Shown piece after piece: positions 60,653-64,000 of a stretch of DNA of 64,000 bases. The stretch is taken from contig NC_091474.1 of the NCBI RefSeq assembly GCF_036971445.1, positions 123,876,001 to 123,940,000 on the forward strand, given 5' to 3'. Numbering within the stretch: the first letter of the stretch is position 1; every line of letters starts with the position of its first letter. A program made the position numbers and the translations under genes. The notes below the pieces were generated by a model. The model was given only the letters and a program-made list of their open reading frames with translations, did no database searches and had not been told where the DNA came from. Source of the DNA: Narcine bancroftii. Taxonomy: Eukaryota.

Positions 60653-63600
60653 TGTGGCGGTGCACATCCTCATGGTGATCTGGCCTCACGTGTATCGCCA
60701 CGTGGCAAGGCAGCCATGGGGAGATGGCGTCGTCAGGGGTTCTCTATGACTCCCGGCTCCCTTCCAGCGCGCGCCCTGGGCAGCGATTATGACATCACCA
60801 CACACGCGTTGACTGAGCCGAAGCTGCCCTTAAAGGGGTGTGCGCTGAATTTGAATAAACAATTGTTAACAATCTTTGGTGTGGTGACTGCATTTTTCTG
60901 CAGCTGCTCACAGCCCCACAGTGGTGACTCCAATGAACCCAGATGTCTATTCAGGGTAAACACCGTAGCCCTCAAGCATCCCCCTTTCTTACCCCATCGC
61001 CCATGAACGAGGTTCAGGCACGCTGAGGCACAATTTTATCTGCATAACATCTCAGCCGATACCACAAAATTCTACCACGTCACAGGCACGCTAGATCAGG
61101 AGATGGCGACGAGGGTGGACGACCTAATTCATCGACCACCACCAGTGGGCAAGTATACCGCCCTCAAAAACCTGCTCCTGGGGAAGTTTGGCCTTACGCC
61201 CCAGCAGTGTGCTTCTAGGCTCTTACATCTGGATGGGTTGGGGGACCGCAGCCCTTCAGCCCTCATGAATGAGATGCTGGCACTGGCGGAGAATCATGTG
61301 TCGTGTTTCCTCTTCTGCCAGATTTTTCTAGAACAAATGCCAGAAGATATCGGCTACACCTGTCTGAAGAAGATTTCACTGACCCCCGTAAGGCTGCAGC
61401 CCAGGGAGATGCCCTCTGGCACACAAAGCAGGAAAAGAAGGCGGCCCTCAGCCAGGTTTCCAAGCTGGGTCCCTGTCGACCCAGGATGCCCCCAAGCACA
61501 AGCTAGAGGAAACCCAGTCAACATGGTGCTTTTACCACCAGCTCTGGGGAGCGCAAGCCCGCAAATGCCGCCAACCCTCGAATTTCCAGGGAAACGGCTG
61601 TTAGAAATTAAAGTACCTTTAAAGAAATTGCTCGAGACAAAAATTGAGAACAAAGAACATTTATTACTACAACAATGCAAAGTTGGGTGCTTCCCCTTAC
61701 CCTGGGAATACACACACATACTGGGGCTCACCCAACTTTTATACAGTCAATTTCAGTATCAGAATGCCCTCCCCCTTACATTCTTCTGCCCCCTGGATGG
61801 GTTTGGCATAGGTAATCCTTCCTGCCTACGTGCAGTTTCAGTACACTTGGAGGACCAGGGGGTATCCTGTGGGTGCCCCATCATGTCATTGTCCTTATTC
61901 ACACCTTCCTGATTCTCTGGGCTACAGTCTCTTGATATGCAGAGTTGACTCATTCTATCTAGGGTTGGCTAATTTCATATGTATAAATCTGTGTATGGTT
62001 AGCTAATTAGAAATGTATGACTTGGTACTTCTGTCCAGGTCTAGGAGACCCTTATCTGATCCAGACTACCTCAACTTCCTACATTCTATTGTACCTTACC
62101 ATTCCTTATCTTAGTCTTATGGTCTTGTCACAAAGACTAGAAGATTCTTATGTTAATCGTGCTGACTCTGCTTTCCTGCATCCTAAGCCCCAAGCTTATC
62201 CTGTTTGAACTGGTTACAGCCATTTACTGATGAACTTTAGTTTCTTCCATGTTCATAATTTTAGATCAATTTTCCCATCTCTCACACGGCCAAGCCAACC
62301 ACTGTTCATGGCTCCAACGGTTGGCCACATGAACAGTCTCCTTTACATCACAGACAAATCCATGGGCCGCCGGTTCCTGGTGGACACAGGGCCTGAGCTG
62401 AGCACCCTCCCTCCGACAGCACTGGAGACTCGTACCCAGGCCACTGGTCCAACCCTGTGGGCTGCCAATGGCTCTGCAATCAAGACCTATGACATCCGTA
62501 GGGCGCAGATACAGATCGGAGAAGAAATGTTCGCATGGAAGTTTGTGCTGGCCTCAGTGTGCACCGCGCTGTTGGGGTCTGACTTGCTGAGGGCTCACGG
62601 CCTGTTGGTGGATGTGAGGGGCAGGAGGCTGCTCAACGCCTGCACTTTTCACTCAGTGCGACTGGGTACGGCGACAGTCCCAGAATTTCCCCCAGGGACG
62701 AGTATGCCGAGATCCTCAGTGAGTTTCCCACCATCCTGGAGCCACATTTCGAAATTGCTTTCCCCCGACATGGAGTGTTCCACCACATCTCCACACAAGG
62801 CCTCATTTTGCATGCCAGAGCTAGACGACTGCCACCGGAGCAATTGAACCAGGCGAAGGAGGAATTCTCCAGGCTCCAGGAGTTGGGCATCATTCAGCGG
62901 TCAGACAGTGCTTGGATGGTGCCTCTGCACGTGGTCCCAAAATCATCTGGTGGTTGGAGGCCCTGCGGAGACTACAGGCGGTTGAATGATGCCACGACTC
63001 CAGGCAGGTACCCGGTCCCCCATATCCAGGACTTCACGGCCAACCTCCATGGCGCGCGGTTCTTTTCTAAAGTCAATTTGGTGCAGGGATATCACTAGAT
63101 CCCGGTTCACCCTGATGAAGTTGGAAAGACTGCCATTATCACCCCTTTTGGCTTATTCGAGTTCCTCCGGATGCCGTTCGGGTTGAAGAACACGGCCCAG
63201 ATGTTCCAGCACCTCATGGATGTGGTGGGTAGGGATTTGGACTTTGTCTTTATCTACCTGGATGACATCCTGGTGGGCAGCTGCAGCCACGAAGAGCACA
63301 TGGTCCATCTCCATACCCTGTTCGCCTGTCTTGCAGAGCTCAGCCTCATGGTCAACAGGCCAGTTTTGGAAACAAACATTGCAGTTCCTGGGGCACACCA
63401 TCTCAGCATCTGGGGCAGCTCCGGCACTGGAGAAAGTGGCAGCCATCCAGCATTTCCCCAAACCCTCCACCCTTAAAGGCCTACAAGAATTTGTGGGGAT
63501 GGTAAATTTCTATCATAGATTCATCCCAAACACTGACCGCACCATGCACCCTCTATTCGTGCTGATCCCGGCAAAAGAGAAGACCTTGGCCTGGTCGGAG

Positions 63601-64000
63601 GAGGTGATCGAGGCCTTCACTGTGATGAAACAGGCCCTCGATGAGGCGATGCTACTGGTACACCCGCTCCCAGAAGCACACACACCGCTTTCGGTCGACG
63701 TTTCCGCTACGGCAGTCAGGGGAGTACTGGAACAGTGACTGGACGGGCAAACGCACTTGCTGGCCTTTTTCAGTAAGTAGTTTCAGCCGCCAGAACTTAA
63801 ATACAATGTGTTTGACCGGGAGCTCCTGGCGCTGTACCTGGCCATCCACCACTTTTGTTATTTCTTGGAGGGCAGAACTTTTACTGTTTTTACTAATCAT
63901 GAGCCCCTCACTTAAGCACTGGCTAAGGCCAAGGACCCGTGATCAGCCAGGCAACAGCGCCACCTTTCCTATGTGTCCTAATACTCCACAGACATCCGTC
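60653..64000 (+). mobile_element. Degraded Gypsy element running off the window end
   Basis: 5' LTR at 60653-60920; PBS-like TGGTGACTCC; gag (LLHLDGLGDRSPS), protease FLVDTG, RT YLDDILV, RNase H DRELLALY. Confidence 0.92.
61599..62286 (-). mobile_element. Solo ERV LTR inserted at the Gypsy gag/pol junction
   Basis: Homologous to 42611-43391; perfect TSD CGGC directly after GGGAAA. Confidence 0.92.

Noticed and set aside
61103-61912. 269-aa ORF, the longest in the track
   Set aside because: Chance fusion of frameshifted Gypsy gag with an antisense solo LTR

Overview
Eukaryotic (vertebrate) genomic DNA. The CR1/Rex-Babar LINEs, V-SINEs and fish-type ERV suggest a cartilaginous fish, which is an inference. 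The window is a transposon-invaded replication-dependent histone cluster. It holds two intact H2B genes (1404-1775 and 52718-53089, both minus), two almost identical H4 genes in inverted orientation (17369-17680 minus, 56847-57158 plus) and a frameshifted H2A fragment (51875-52050). All four intact genes have a histone stem-loop and a U7 HDE. The genes sit in copies of one ancestral unit (H2B, promoter, spacer, H4), and one copy (40078-43545) keeps the spacer but has lost both genes. Most of the rest is degraded mobile DNA: several Gypsy elements, a hAT transposon, LINE fragments, and a deleted tRNA-Pro ERV with related solo LTRs, often nested with readable TSDs. I found no clearly new protein-coding system. 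The best leads are an orphan CCAAT/E2F/CDE-CHR promoter-like module 3' of H4, a CpG-rich V-SINE homogenised together with H4, H2B genes with no divergent H2A partner, and a multiply deleted ERV family whose env lacks CX6CC in both local copies. All alignments were done by eye, so repeat boundaries without a TSD are approximate.
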